Source: a virus
Direction: 5' to 3' (one strand)
Length of the DNA: 64,000 nucleotides
IMG/VR virus record: IMGVR_UViG_3300017963_000225
Location: 1-64,000 of that record
This document shows, in pieces, positions 1 through 7,881 of the stretch; the stretch's first letter is position 1; each line of letters begins with the position of its first letter. A program made the translations under genes and the position numbers. The notes under the pieces were generated by a model. That model did not search any database and had not been told where the DNA came from. It saw only the letters and a program-made list of their open reading frames with translations.

Positions 1-533
1 AGCTCCTCGTCGTCCAGCTTGTATTTGCCGGCGTCGTCAGCGGGCTCCTCTAGGATGAGGTTGGCCCAAGCGTCGAAGTCGGAAAACTCCTCGGACGACA
101 TGATTTCGGCGGTGAGCGTTTTCAGGTCCTCGTCCGACGTGGCGCCCTTCACCTGATTGCTTTCGAGCATCAAGTATTTCGCCAAATCCTCCGACATTTC
201 GCCGAGGTTGACGACCGGGATCTCGTCGTAGCCTAGCTCGCTCGCTGCTCGCCAACGGTGCTCGCCATCGACAATCATATACGGCGCCGCTTGCGGATCG
301 CTGGCGCGTTCCGGGTTTGGCCGCACTAAAATCGGAATGGTAAACCCTACTTTCGGATCAGCCATATTGGCCTTGAGCGCCGAAAAATAGGCATTGCCCA
401 TCTTGTTTTTATTGTATGGATTGGGGACAACCTCGCGCACCGAAACGAGACGACTCGTGCGGGCGCGAAGTATGTCCATGAGCTTGTTGCGATCGACCTT
501 TGCGAGGTCAACCTTTGCAATTCGTTTGACCAT
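1..533 (-). CDS. ParB/Sulfiredoxin-like N-terminal domain protein (3' end beyond window edge)
   Basis: Not in ORF track. Manual translation from ATG at 533 gives MVKRIAK...VVPNPYNKNKM...GFTIPILVR...YMIVDGEHRWRAASELGYDEIPV, with ParB-N motifs (NPxN, IVDGEHRxRA). The frame stays open to position 1. Confidence 0.85.
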   Translation of the reverse strand, partial: MVKRIAKVDLAKVDRNKLMDILRARTSRLVSVREVVPNPYNKNKMGNAYFSALKANMADPKVGFTIPILVRPNPERASDPQAAPYMIVDGEHRWRAASELGYDEIPVVNLGEMSEDLAKYLMLESNQVKGATSDEDLKTLTAEIMSSEEFSDFDAWANLILEEPADDAGKYKLDDEE

Positions 534-572
534 TGTGTCCTAACTCGCTTACTCGCTGACGGTTGATGGCTT

Positions 573-899
573 TTAGAGCTGACGAGTCATTTTGCCTTTG
601 ACGCTGCCAGCCTTCTTGGCGCCAGCCTTCTTGCTGGTAGCCTTCATTTTGCTGGTCGGCTTGCCCTTGGGCTTGCCGCCACGAGCCGCGATCGAGCTGA
701 CGCCGCCGCCCTTCTCAAAGGCGTGCTTGATCTTGTTCTTCTTCAGGTGAGCGGCAAGGTTTTGGGCCTTCTGGCGACCGGCTGCCGTGTCGCCTTTGTG
801 CCCGACCTTGCGAATCCAGGACGCTCCCGCCCTGGTGCGCGCCTTACCGTACTTCTTGTGATGCCCGGCCGTTCCGCCCCATTGAAAAATCAGATCCAT
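573..899 (-). CDS. Small highly basic Lys/Gly/Ala-rich protein (histone-like or DNA-binding, hypothetical)
   Basis: 108 aa, KKAGAKKAG-type C-terminal tail; starts 3 nt after the radical SAM stop, SD AGGAGG upstream. Confidence 0.6.
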   Translation of the reverse strand: MDLIFQWGGTAGHHKKYGKARTRAGASWIRKVGHKGDTAAGRQKAQNLAAHLKKNKIKHAFEKGGGVSSIAARGGKPKGKPTSKMKATSKKAGAKKAGSVKGKMTRQL

Positions 900-902
900 C
901 TC

Positions 903-2267
903 TCAGTCCTCCTTGCAATAGGCCCAAGGCATGACGCCGTTGCCCGGCTCCGGCGCCGACCACTCGACCATGCCGTTAGGTGCGTTCTCTTCATTGTCCT
1001 CGAAAACATCGCTTTCGACAAAGGGCGCCAAAACGCGCACCACGTCGCCATTGTCATCGACCGCGACTGTTTCCACCTTGTTTTCGTGATCCACATCTTC
1101 GAGCATGAGCTTCACGTCGGCGTAGTTGGCAATGCCGCGTGTGTAGTCCATGTCATTCCACAGGTAGTGCATCACGTTGAGCAGGCTTGTGCGCTTGCCG
1201 AGTGCGTGCTTGGCATGGTGATAGCGGTCGTTGTCACGAGCGATTACTTGCAGGATTTCTTCCGTGCGAAAGACGTGCTTTAGGATGCTGAACTGGCCGT
1301 AAAACTTCTCGACCTCTGGCCAGGTGACAATCACCGGCTTTTGACCGTACTCGTCGAAGCAGTCCACGAGGTTGTCGTGCAGCCAGTGCGCGTCGCCCTC
1401 GAACTGCGGAAGCCGGCCGGTGTTGCCCTTGACGAACTCGTCGCCGAGCTTGCGGCCGTAGGTGAGCTTGAGCCCGTACTTGGCAGCCGCCTGCTCCATC
1501 AGATCCTTGTCGGCGTCGAAGCCCTCGTAGTCGTTGGCTTTGGCGATGTAGGGCTTAAACTTCTCGGCAATCGAGCGCGACTGGAGCTTGGTGAGGTGCA
1601 GGGTCTGCGTGCAGACACCCTTGGCGCCAGCGTCAGCGCACGCCTTGAAGAAGCCTTGAATGTCTGGCACCCAATCGCGCAGGTAGGGGTTGAGGCCCAC
1701 CACGCAATCGACGCCAGCCTTGCTGAGAGATTCGATGCGGCGCAGGCGCTCAGCCGGCGGCGGCGCGTACTTCTCGGTTTCCTTGGCCACCTCGTCAAGC
1801 AGCGTCGTGATGGTGACGTAAACGACGATGTGCTCCTTGCAGGCGACTAGCAGGTCAAACAGCTCGGGCGTATAGACCTCCTTGGTCTGGATAAACACCG
1901 GCTGCTTGACCAGCGCCCACTCGCGCAGAAGCCGCTCGCTCACCTTATGCTTCTGCTCGGCGGCCGGATAGAACGGATCGACGTTGTTGCTGTAGATGGT
2001 GACATACCGATTGCGAATGAATGTCTCGACCATGCTAGTCGGATCGTAGCCCTGGCCGTGCGCCTTCTGGAGCTTGCGAATATAGGCATCGGTCGGGTCA
2101 TCCTGCGATCCAACCGCCGTACCAAGCCCGACCTTGTTGAGATTGGCGAAGCAGTAAAAGCAGCTCTGAAAGCAGTAGCTGAACATCGACAAGTCGAGAA
2201 CATAAGAATCGTTAAAGATGTCTCCAAAAAGTTTCAAAGGTGTGGAAACAAAAGTCACTCTTGCCAC
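903..2267 (-). CDS. Radical SAM enzyme, spore-photoproduct-lyase-like
   Basis: CFQSCFYC (CxxxCxxC) near the N-terminus; later DPFYP, IQTK, TITT and E..APPP.ERL motifs typical of SPL-like radical SAM proteins; GTG start with AGGAG. Confidence 0.85.
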   Translation of the reverse strand: MARVTFVSTPLKLFGDIFNDSYVLDLSMFSYCFQSCFYCFANLNKVGLGTAVGSQDDPTDAYIRKLQKAHGQGYDPTSMVETFIRNRYVTIYSNNVDPFYPAAEQKHKVSERLLREWALVKQPVFIQTKEVYTPELFDLLVACKEHIVVYVTITTLLDEVAKETEKYAPPPAERLRRIESLSKAGVDCVVGLNPYLRDWVPDIQGFFKACADAGAKGVCTQTLHLTKLQSRSIAEKFKPYIAKANDYEGFDADKDLMEQAAAKYGLKLTYGRKLGDEFVKGNTGRLPQFEGDAHWLHDNLVDCFDEYGQKPVIVTWPEVEKFYGQFSILKHVFRTEEILQVIARDNDRYHHAKHALGKRTSLLNVMHYLWNDMDYTRGIANYADVKLMLEDVDHENKVETVAVDDNGDVVRVLAPFVESDVFEDNEENAPNGMVEWSAPEPGNGVMPWAYCKED

Positions 2268-2318
2268 GTCTACTGCTCCTGTCTAACATCGCCGCCATGA
2301 ATGCCGACGCAAGTAAGA

Positions 2319-2672
2319 TCATCCATTGAAAATATACCTTATGCGGTTGCTGCACATGACGGCGCACGCGCCAATCACGTTCATCTTGCGGCACAGTGCC
2401 TCGAAGTGCTCGGCAGCCTCCAGGTCGGCTGGGCTTGCTTGTGGATGGCCTGCGGGGTGATTGTGGATAAGCAAACACTTCGCCGCGTTTCCAATCAGAG
2501 CCTCTAGCTTCTCGGTCGAAACCTTTGTCTTGTTCTCCACGTTCGCGTCGAGCACATGCACATAGGCGCGCCCGTCGTGGTCCTCGGTGACGAGAACGAG
2601 CCCTTCCTCGCCGTGCTCGGCAGCGCCGCGCATCATGAATCGCATAATGTTGATTGCTTGTTTCCACTTCAT
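2319..2672 (-). CDS. Stand-alone JAB/MPN (RadC-like) domain protein
   Basis: E...LLIHNHPAGHPQASPAD matches the HxH-x7-S-x2-D JAMM motif. Confidence 0.75.
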   Translation of the reverse strand: MKWKQAINIMRFMMRGAAEHGEEGLVLVTEDHDGRAYVHVLDANVENKTKVSTEKLEALIGNAAKCLLIHNHPAGHPQASPADLEAAEHFEALCRKMNVIGACAVMCSNRIRYIFNG

Positions 2673-2735
2673 ACCTCAAGAGTCTCCTGCAAATGCTTGC
2701 GCCGCTGCATTGGATTGAGTAAAACGAATAGCGAA

Positions 2736-3038
2736 ATGTCTGATGATATAAAAAATGTCGTGCTCAGTGGAAGCGTTCACCCTGGGCTCTTGGAGCTGGC
2801 GCGGCGAGAAGCTTTCTGGCGAGGCATGACGTTCTCCCAGCTCCTAGACGAGCTGCTGCGCGGGCGCTATAGCTCATCCGAGCACCGCTATGCACCTAAG
2901 CCGCTTTTGCCAGGCGAGGAGCCCGATAATGATTGGAGCCAAGCCGAAATCGTCTACCGAAAAGAAGATGCCGCTCAGCATTCGAGTGACGCCGGCTGTG
3001 TACGAAGCTGTCAAGCTCCTAGCGGCTCATCGACATAG
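2736..3038 (+). CDS. Putative ribbon-helix-helix DNA-binding protein
   Basis: Start reassigned to ATG 2736; VVLSGSVHPGLLELARREAFWRGMTFSQLLDELL fits a beta-alpha-alpha pattern. Overlaps the next ORF, so the 3' part is uncertain. Confidence 0.4.
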   Translation: MSDDIKNVVLSGSVHPGLLELARREAFWRGMTFSQLLDELLRGRYSSSEHRYAPKPLLPGEEPDNDWSQAEIVYRKEDAAQHSSDAGCVRSCQAPSGSST

Positions 3039-3147
3039 CGCCAGCGAGCTTGTAGACATGGCGCTGCGGCGCCTTTTTACAGAGGATCAAGACTTTGTTG
3101 AAGAACTCGCAGGACTTAGGGAGCGATACAAGGATCGAACTGGATGA
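2890..3147 (+). CDS. Ribbon-helix-helix (CopG/Arc-like) protein
   Basis: PLSIRVTPAVYEAVKLLAAHRHSASELVDMALRRLF; true start probably downstream of 2890. Confidence 0.55.
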   Translation: MHLSRFCQARSPIMIGAKPKSSTEKKMPLSIRVTPAVYEAVKLLAAHRHSASELVDMALRRLFTEDQDFVEELAGLRERYKDRTG

Positions 3148-3394
3148 CCGTCGGGTCCTCAACCTTGAGCGAGGTTTGTTGCCCGCTGAAGCGCTGACCA
3201 AAAGGGATCGGCCGAAGAAGATGCGAGCCTACTCATTATCGAAGCGCAGCTACGCGATTCTCGCTCGATTGGTTGGGGATGATCGGCGAAAAACAGCGTT
3301 TTCTGACCAGTTGGAAATACTAGTGGCGAAATACGGCCCGATGGAGCTGGCGGCGAGAATTGAAGAGGCTGAGTCAAAAAAAACGGCGCCCTAA
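3095..3394 (+). CDS. Putative RHH-like small DNA-binding protein
   Basis: KKMRAYSLSKRSYAILARL...FSDQLEILV; start uncertain. Confidence 0.4.
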   Translation: MLKNSQDLGSDTRIELDDRRVLNLERGLLPAEALTKRDRPKKMRAYSLSKRSYAILARLVGDDRRKTAFSDQLEILVAKYGPMELAARIEEAESKKTAP

Positions 3395-3436
3395 GCGCCG
3401 CTGCACGACGCCCTTATTCGGGCGCCGCCGCTATTG

Positions 3437-3781
3437 TTAGCGCTCGGTCAATCCAAGCTTCTCGGCAAGCCCTTGCTCGATGTACGCCGCTCGCGCCTTG
3501 ACGTTGAAAATCCGCGCCGCTGCCTCGTCAGTGATTACCCACGAGCGCCCGGTCAGCACCGTGCGCCCTTCGTCGTCCTTCGTCGCTTCGACCAGTAGCA
3601 CGCCGCCCTGCTTCATTGCGTCAGCGCAATCGTCGCAGGGGCTACGATCAGGCATGTGCCTTGGTGCTTGCTCATCGCTGGGGAGTTTGCCGAGTAGCCC
3701 TACTCCAGTTTCCCTGCCGCACAGCACGCACTGGAGAATGCTCGGATTTAAGCCGTGCTTCGGACTGATTTTGATGTTCAT
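3437..3781 (-). CDS. Zn-binding phage hypothetical protein
   Basis: CVLC...CDDC pairs; ATGA overlap with the upstream gene. Confidence 0.6.
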   Translation of the reverse strand: MNIKISPKHGLNPSILQCVLCGRETGVGLLGKLPSDEQAPRHMPDRSPCDDCADAMKQGGVLLVEATKDDEGRTVLTGRSWVITDEAAARIFNVKARAAYIEQGLAEKLGLTER

Positions 3782-4158
3782 TTCTGCTCCGCTCGTTTAG
3801 GTCGTTTATTCCATGCAGCCCGCGCCTGCGTTATTTCGTCCATGGGACGGAGGTGATCGGCCCGTGAATCGCCCACCCAGGTTATGATTATGATCGGTCG
3901 CACAATACAATCATCATTCTGGCAGCCGATCCTCAGTACATTGCGGGCATTCGATCGCGTTCCGCCGCGCTCGACGTCGCCATACGCCTTTCCGCCGCAA
4001 AAAGGACACGGTGACAGCTTATCCGCCGCCCGACGCAAATCAGCCGAGGTCATGGCGCAAGGCTGGCATTTACCGCCCTTCATGCTCCGACCGCATTTTT
4101 TGCATGTGTTTTTGTGGAATTTGTCATACAGCCGTTCTCGGTTTTTGATCGCTGACAT
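3778..4158 (-). CDS. Lar-family restriction alleviation-like protein with extra N-terminal Zn finger
   Basis: LSPCPFCGGKA...C....C...AAWNKR is the Lar-family pattern; N-terminal CKKC/CQPC. Confidence 0.7.
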   Translation of the reverse strand: MSAIKNRERLYDKFHKNTCKKCGRSMKGGKCQPCAMTSADLRRAADKLSPCPFCGGKAYGDVERGGTRSNARNVLRIGCQNDDCIVRPIIIITWVGDSRADHLRPMDEITQARAAWNKRPKRAEQK

Positions 4159-4271
4159 TTATTCCTCTCCGTTTTTATGATGACTACGCCGGTCAGGTGT
4201 TCGACTAGGTGCGTCATATTGATCGCTAAATACTGCTCAAAATAAGCTTCAAATTTTTCCTCATCACTCAT
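4080..4271 (-). CDS. Small hypothetical protein
   Basis: ATG preceded by AGGAG; 63 aa, overlaps the Lar-like gene. Confidence 0.4.
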   Translation of the reverse strand: MSDEEKFEAYFEQYLAINMTHLVEHLTGVVIIKTERNKCQRSKTENGCMTNSTKTHAKNAVGA

Positions 4272-4295
4272 AAGTAAAGGCTCCTGTTAGTGAAA

Positions 4296-4316
4296 GGCGC
4301 GCCCTTCGGGCGCGCC
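4296..4316 (-). terminator. GC-rich hairpin, possible weak terminator after the pentapeptide gene
   Basis: GGCGCGCCC-GAA-GGGCGCGCC followed by a short TTT on the minus strand. Confidence 0.45.
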
Positions 4317-4328
4317 GCCTGGCTGGTG

Positions 4329-5114
4329 TTAGGCTCGTTTTGCGAACGCGCCGGGCTCGACAGGTCCTCGTTTCAACGCTGCACGCACGCGCCCTAGCGT
4401 GGCCGCGCCTTTCACGATGGGCCTCCCCGCAGCGACTTGTGCGCGCTGCCAAGCGATGAATTCAGCCCACGTCGTAATAGTGCTTCTTCCTTTCGGTGTG
4501 GCTTTCATTTTCGCCACCGGCCGAGCCACCGGCCGAGCCTTCGGCCGAGCCTTCGGCCGAGCCTTCGGCCGAGCCTTCGGCCGAGCCTTCGGCCGAGCCT
4601 TCGGCCGAGCCTTGGTCGCCTTCGGCCGCAGGCGAATCACTTCGGCGATCGATCCGTCCGGCAATTTCGCTCCACGTATATCCGTGTCAGGCATACCAGC
4701 GCGAGCTAAGCGTGCGATTGAGCCTGTGAGCGCTGCGGTGAGGTCAGCGCCGCGCAGGTCGGCGCAATATAGGCGAGCGCATCGCAAATCCGCCGTGTCG
4801 ATCCGTGCGCCGCGCAAGTCCGCGCCGCTGAAATCGACGCCGGTAAGGTCGGCACCGCGGAAATCGGCACCGCGTAAGTCGGCACCCTTGAAGCTAGCGC
4901 ATGACAAGTAAGCACCCGCAAAATAAGCGCTTTTCAGTGAAGCATAAGAAAAATCAATCCCGCGCATATCCTGTCCGTGCAGCCACCCGTCGTCCAAGTA
5001 ATTGAAATTATTGAATTTTTGACCCCTGAAGCTTGCTTTCGTGCAAGCAAAACCCGACAATTTTGACACGTAACCGCTTGAAAGTACTGACATTTTCGCT
5101 GGTGTGGCGTTCAT
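4329..5114 (-). CDS. Pentapeptide-repeat protein with basic (KARP)n tail
   Basis: A(D/S)(L/F)xG pentapeptide series (ADLRG ADFRG ADLTG VDFSG ADLRG); start reassigned to ATG 5114 with GGGGGA SD. Confidence 0.8.
   Translation of the reverse strand: MNATPAKMSVLSSGYVSKLSGFACTKASFRGQKFNNFNYLDDGWLHGQDMRGIDFSYASLKSAYFAGAYLSCASFKGADLRGADFRGADLTGVDFSGADLRGARIDTADLRCARLYCADLRGADLTAALTGSIARLARAGMPDTDIRGAKLPDGSIAEVIRLRPKATKARPKARPKARPKARPKARPKARPKARPVARPVAKMKATPKGRSTITTWAEFIAWQRAQVAAGRPIVKGAATLGRVRAALKRGPVEPGAFAKRA
4519..4613. repeat. 12-bp tandem repeat GGCCGAGCCTTC (6 perfect copies, 1 partial, 1 variant) encoding KARP
   Basis: Directly visible at 4531-4613; variant GGCCGAGCCACC at 4519. Confidence 0.95.
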
Positions 5115-5343
5115 AAATCCCCCCGGTTGGTGGTTGTGTGGTCGTATATTCTTATCGGCACGAGCGCAAATCAACTTGAGCAATATTTTTAGTCCATTGT
5201 AATCATTGGGTTTTTTGGCCACAATTTTTTCTGTTGACGAAACCCTCGCGGTCCTGCACTGTCACGACTCAACAAACCGACCAAGAAAATGACAAAAAAC
5301 TTGACAAGCTAATTCCGCTTTTGCGGCGCTGGCTTCCGAAGAT
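5115..5343. promoter_or_regulatory. AT-rich divergent intergenic region (probable early promoters)
   Basis: Strand switch point; locally AT-rich; TTGACA and TTGACG hexamers on the plus strand, but no clean -10 assigned. Confidence 0.4.
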
Positions 5344-5550
5344 GTGGGTTCAAGGATGGACTTAGCGGTGACGCTTGCCGTAGCGCGGCAAGCTGTGGAC
5401 GAGCACGCGCAGCGCGATGGCGTGACAACGCTGCTCGCGCATTACTGGCAAGCTCGGCACGCCGGCCAGCCTGAGCCCTATCCCAACGCTGACGACGAAG
5501 CGTCTTTTCTAGGTGATCGACTGCGCCACGAATACGAGCCACACGAATAA
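5344..5550 (+). CDS. Hypothetical protein
   Basis: First ORF of the plus-strand operon; probable start at MDLAV. Confidence 0.4.
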   Translation: MGSRMDLAVTLAVARQAVDEHAQRDGVTTLLAHYWQARHAGQPEPYPNADDEASFLGDRLRHEYEPHE

Positions 5551-5563
5551 TAAGGAGCAGAAA

Positions 5564-5836
5564 GTGACACGATTCTACGCAAGCATAGATAGTGACATCG
5601 GAAAGACAACGCCAACACGGCGCGGAAAAGCAAGCATCTCCGCCCATGTGCGAGGCTGGGACATTGGCGGACGGGTGACTGTCTACGCTGATAAGGGTGG
5701 ACGCGATCGAGTGGTGCTTACGCTCACGCACGGCAGCAACGGCGGCGGCAGTGAAATTTTTGTGGACGAGTTCATCCTGACACCAACCGGCATTGAGCGC
5801 GCCGCTGATATGCAGGACCAGCCAAGGTTGCCATGA
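5564..5836 (+). CDS. Hypothetical phage protein
   Basis: GTG at 5564 with TAAGGAG SD. Confidence 0.6.
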   Translation: MTRFYASIDSDIGKTTPTRRGKASISAHVRGWDIGGRVTVYADKGGRDRVVLTLTHGSNGGGSEIFVDEFILTPTGIERAADMQDQPRLP

Positions 5837-5849
5837 TTGGAGGAGTGAA

Positions 5850-6011
5850 ATGTTTGCGATCATTGGATTTTATTGTGGCGAAAGCGAAGTAATCGATTTT
5901 GCCGACGACATGCCGACAGCTCGATATCTGGCTGCGGAATATCGAGTGGCGTTCGGCACCGGCTGGACTATTCGCATTCGTCGCAAGCGACCAGGTGACG
6001 ACCTAATATGA
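5850..6011 (+). CDS. Small hypothetical phage protein
   Basis: ATG at 5850 with GGAGGAG SD; ATGA coupling to the next gene. Confidence 0.6.
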   Translation: MFAIIGFYCGESEVIDFADDMPTARYLAAEYRVAFGTGWTIRIRRKRPGDDLI

Positions 6012-6331
6012 AAATGAGTTTGCGCGCTCCATGCACTAATTGCCCCTTTCGCTCCGATAGGCCCGGATATTTGACGAAAGCTCGCATTCGCAAGCTACGA
6101 AGAGAGCTTGTCGATCTACAGCTATCGTTCTCGTGTCACAAAACCGACCGGGGTAAAGGGGCTGACCCCCAGCATTGCGCTGGAGCATTGATTCTGCTCG
6201 AAAAGCTCAACCGACCGAATCAATGGATGAGGATAGCCGAGCGGATCGGCATATACGACAGAACGAAAATAAACATGAACGCGCCGATTTTTGATTCGTT
6301 CGACGAAATGATCGAAGCGCAGATGAGGTGA
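6008..6331 (+). CDS. Cys/His-motif phage protein (DUF6283-like)
   Basis: PCTNCPFR...FSCHK...HCAGAL pattern. Confidence 0.55.
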   Translation: MKMSLRAPCTNCPFRSDRPGYLTKARIRKLRRELVDLQLSFSCHKTDRGKGADPQHCAGALILLEKLNRPNQWMRIAERIGIYDRTKINMNAPIFDSFDEMIEAQMR

Positions 6332-6540
6332 TTATGTCCGTTTATGAAGGTATCCCACTCAAGGGTCGCGCTTACCTGCTGTGGAAAGAGCTGTCGAAAG
6401 AAAAAACCTTTCCCGACTTGAGAGAGGCTTATAAGCACGCAATATTTCTCGCATCGAAGTGCCTTGAATACGGCAATTTCAAGGTGGATGAGTACGGCAA
6501 TGTTATTGATGAGGAGCAGAAAAATGAAAGTCAAGGTTGA
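6328..6540 (+). CDS. Hypothetical protein
   Basis: Overlap-coupled ORF in the operon. Confidence 0.5.
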   Translation: MIMSVYEGIPLKGRAYLLWKELSKEKTFPDLREAYKHAIFLASKCLEYGNFKVDEYGNVIDEEQKNESQG

Positions 6541-7879
6541 TAAGAGCTGCTTGGCAAAATTGTCAGCGCTGGCTAAATCCGGAGCTGCAAAGGGGCTGGA
6601 TTTTCTGTGGTTTGATGGACAGTGGCTTGTCGCAAGCAACGGCTACGCTTTATATGCGACGCGCAAGCATACGCTCGGCAGTGTGCTTGAGTCACCATCG
6701 GTGCTTGTCGCGTCGGCGCTCAAGGAAGGCAAGGTCGCGCTCGCTGTCGTCGAGAAAAACCTGCTAAAAAAATGGCGCGGGCTAGTGCCGTCGCTCGACG
6801 TGCGTGCTCGCGTAGCGATCCCGAGCTTCTTTGCTAAACGGGAGTATCAGCATTCGCCCGTCGCGATGGAGCTGGGCGACCGACGGCTTGTCTGGGAGCA
6901 CGCAAGCAATCTGGCCCACGTAGCAGGCGAGACACTGACCCTTGGGCTCGACCTCGTAAACGATGGGGCTTTGATCGTCGCGGCCGACGAAGCCGACGAC
7001 CCCTCTATCCTCGCATTGATTCAGGGTGGCTTGTGGGGCGAAGGGAATGTGGTAATGAGCTTTAAGGCTCAGGAAGCCAGCGGGCGGATCTGCCCCTTGG
7101 GCGAAGCGCCAGCGCAGCCAGTGACCAAGCCAGCTCCTCCCGAAAAACCTAGGCTAGTGGCGCCGACGCCCGAGCCTAAACCCAAGGCCGAGCCTAAACC
7201 CAAGCCCGAGCCTAAACCCAAGGCTGAGCCTAAACAGCTTGACGAAACACAGCCGAAGTTGAGCCCAAGAGAGGCCAAGGAAGCTCGTAGCTTGAAAGCT
7301 AAGGAGCGTGTCGCCAAGGCCAAGCGCAGCCAAGTGATTAATTTGCATCAATACCGCGCCAAGCGCCTCAGAGATGGCATTGACCGATCGACCTGCTGTG
7401 AGTGTGAACACAAGGTAAAGTGGCAGGAATGGATCGTAGCAGTGGACGTGCCATACCACCCTAAATGGCCGATGGGCTCGTGCGTGAGCGGATATCACAT
7501 TTGTCCGAAGTGCGACGCCTTCCAAGAGCACACGATGTTCGATGGATTTATATACGTCGAGAACGGTGTTCTGAAATGCGAGCTGTCGATCGAAATGATG
7601 CGGCAAATGCTCGACAACATGAACGTACCGCCTGGTGGAACATTCAAGCTCGGGAACGCGATATTCAACGCTGTTCGCAATGAGATTGTCGCTGCGCTCG
7701 ATGATTTTGCCGAGTGCCTGATTCCCGAAGACGTGTTCACGCTAGAACAACAGCGCCAAATTATGCGTGATGAGTTGCGCGAAGTGCAGGCCATGCTTGA
7801 CGAGGATAAGAAGAATCAGCAGAAAATGCGGGCCGTCGCTGTAGGGGCTACCGTCAAAAAAATGATTGGAGAACAATAA
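6524..7879 (+). CDS. Multidomain protein: sliding-clamp-like N-terminus, PKPE linker, Zn-finger C-terminal region
   Basis: ATG at 6524 with GAGGAG SD; LWFDGQWLVASNGYAL resembles the beta-clamp 'lvAtDghrL' strand; CCEC and CPKC motifs. Confidence 0.5.
   Translation: MKVKVDKSCLAKLSALAKSGAAKGLDFLWFDGQWLVASNGYALYATRKHTLGSVLESPSVLVASALKEGKVALAVVEKNLLKKWRGLVPSLDVRARVAIPSFFAKREYQHSPVAMELGDRRLVWEHASNLAHVAGETLTLGLDLVNDGALIVAADEADDPSILALIQGGLWGEGNVVMSFKAQEASGRICPLGEAPAQPVTKPAPPEKPRLVAPTPEPKPKAEPKPKPEPKPKAEPKQLDETQPKLSPREAKEARSLKAKERVAKAKRSQVINLHQYRAKRLRDGIDRSTCCECEHKVKWQEWIVAVDVPYHPKWPMGSCVSGYHICPKCDAFQEHTMFDGFIYVENGVLKCELSIEMMRQMLDNMNVPPGGTFKLGNAIFNAVRNEIVAALDDFAECLIPEDVFTLEQQRQIMRDELREVQAMLDEDKKNQQKMRAVAVGATVKKMIGEQ
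7172..7235 (+). repeat. 18-bp tandem repeat GAGCCTAAACCCAAG(G/C)C(C/T), 3.5 copies, encoding EPKPK(A/P)
   Basis: Directly visible. Confidence 0.9.
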
Positions 7880-7881
7880 AA

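Noticed and set aside
37-255. 72-aa minus-strand ORF in the track
   Set aside because: Out-of-frame overlap with the ParB-like CDS, which the track missed because it runs off the window
4519-4613. Possible CRISPR array
   Set aside because: Contiguous 12-bp units without spacers, in frame within a CDS; no cas genes
4496-4911. Plus-strand repeat ORFs (AEPS)n, (GRAF)n and (RPSL)n
   Set aside because: Alternative readings of the 12-bp repeat; the minus-strand pentapeptide frame explains the region
5309-5863. 184-aa minus-strand ORF
   Set aside because: Overlaps plus-strand genes that have strong SD sequences and operon coupling
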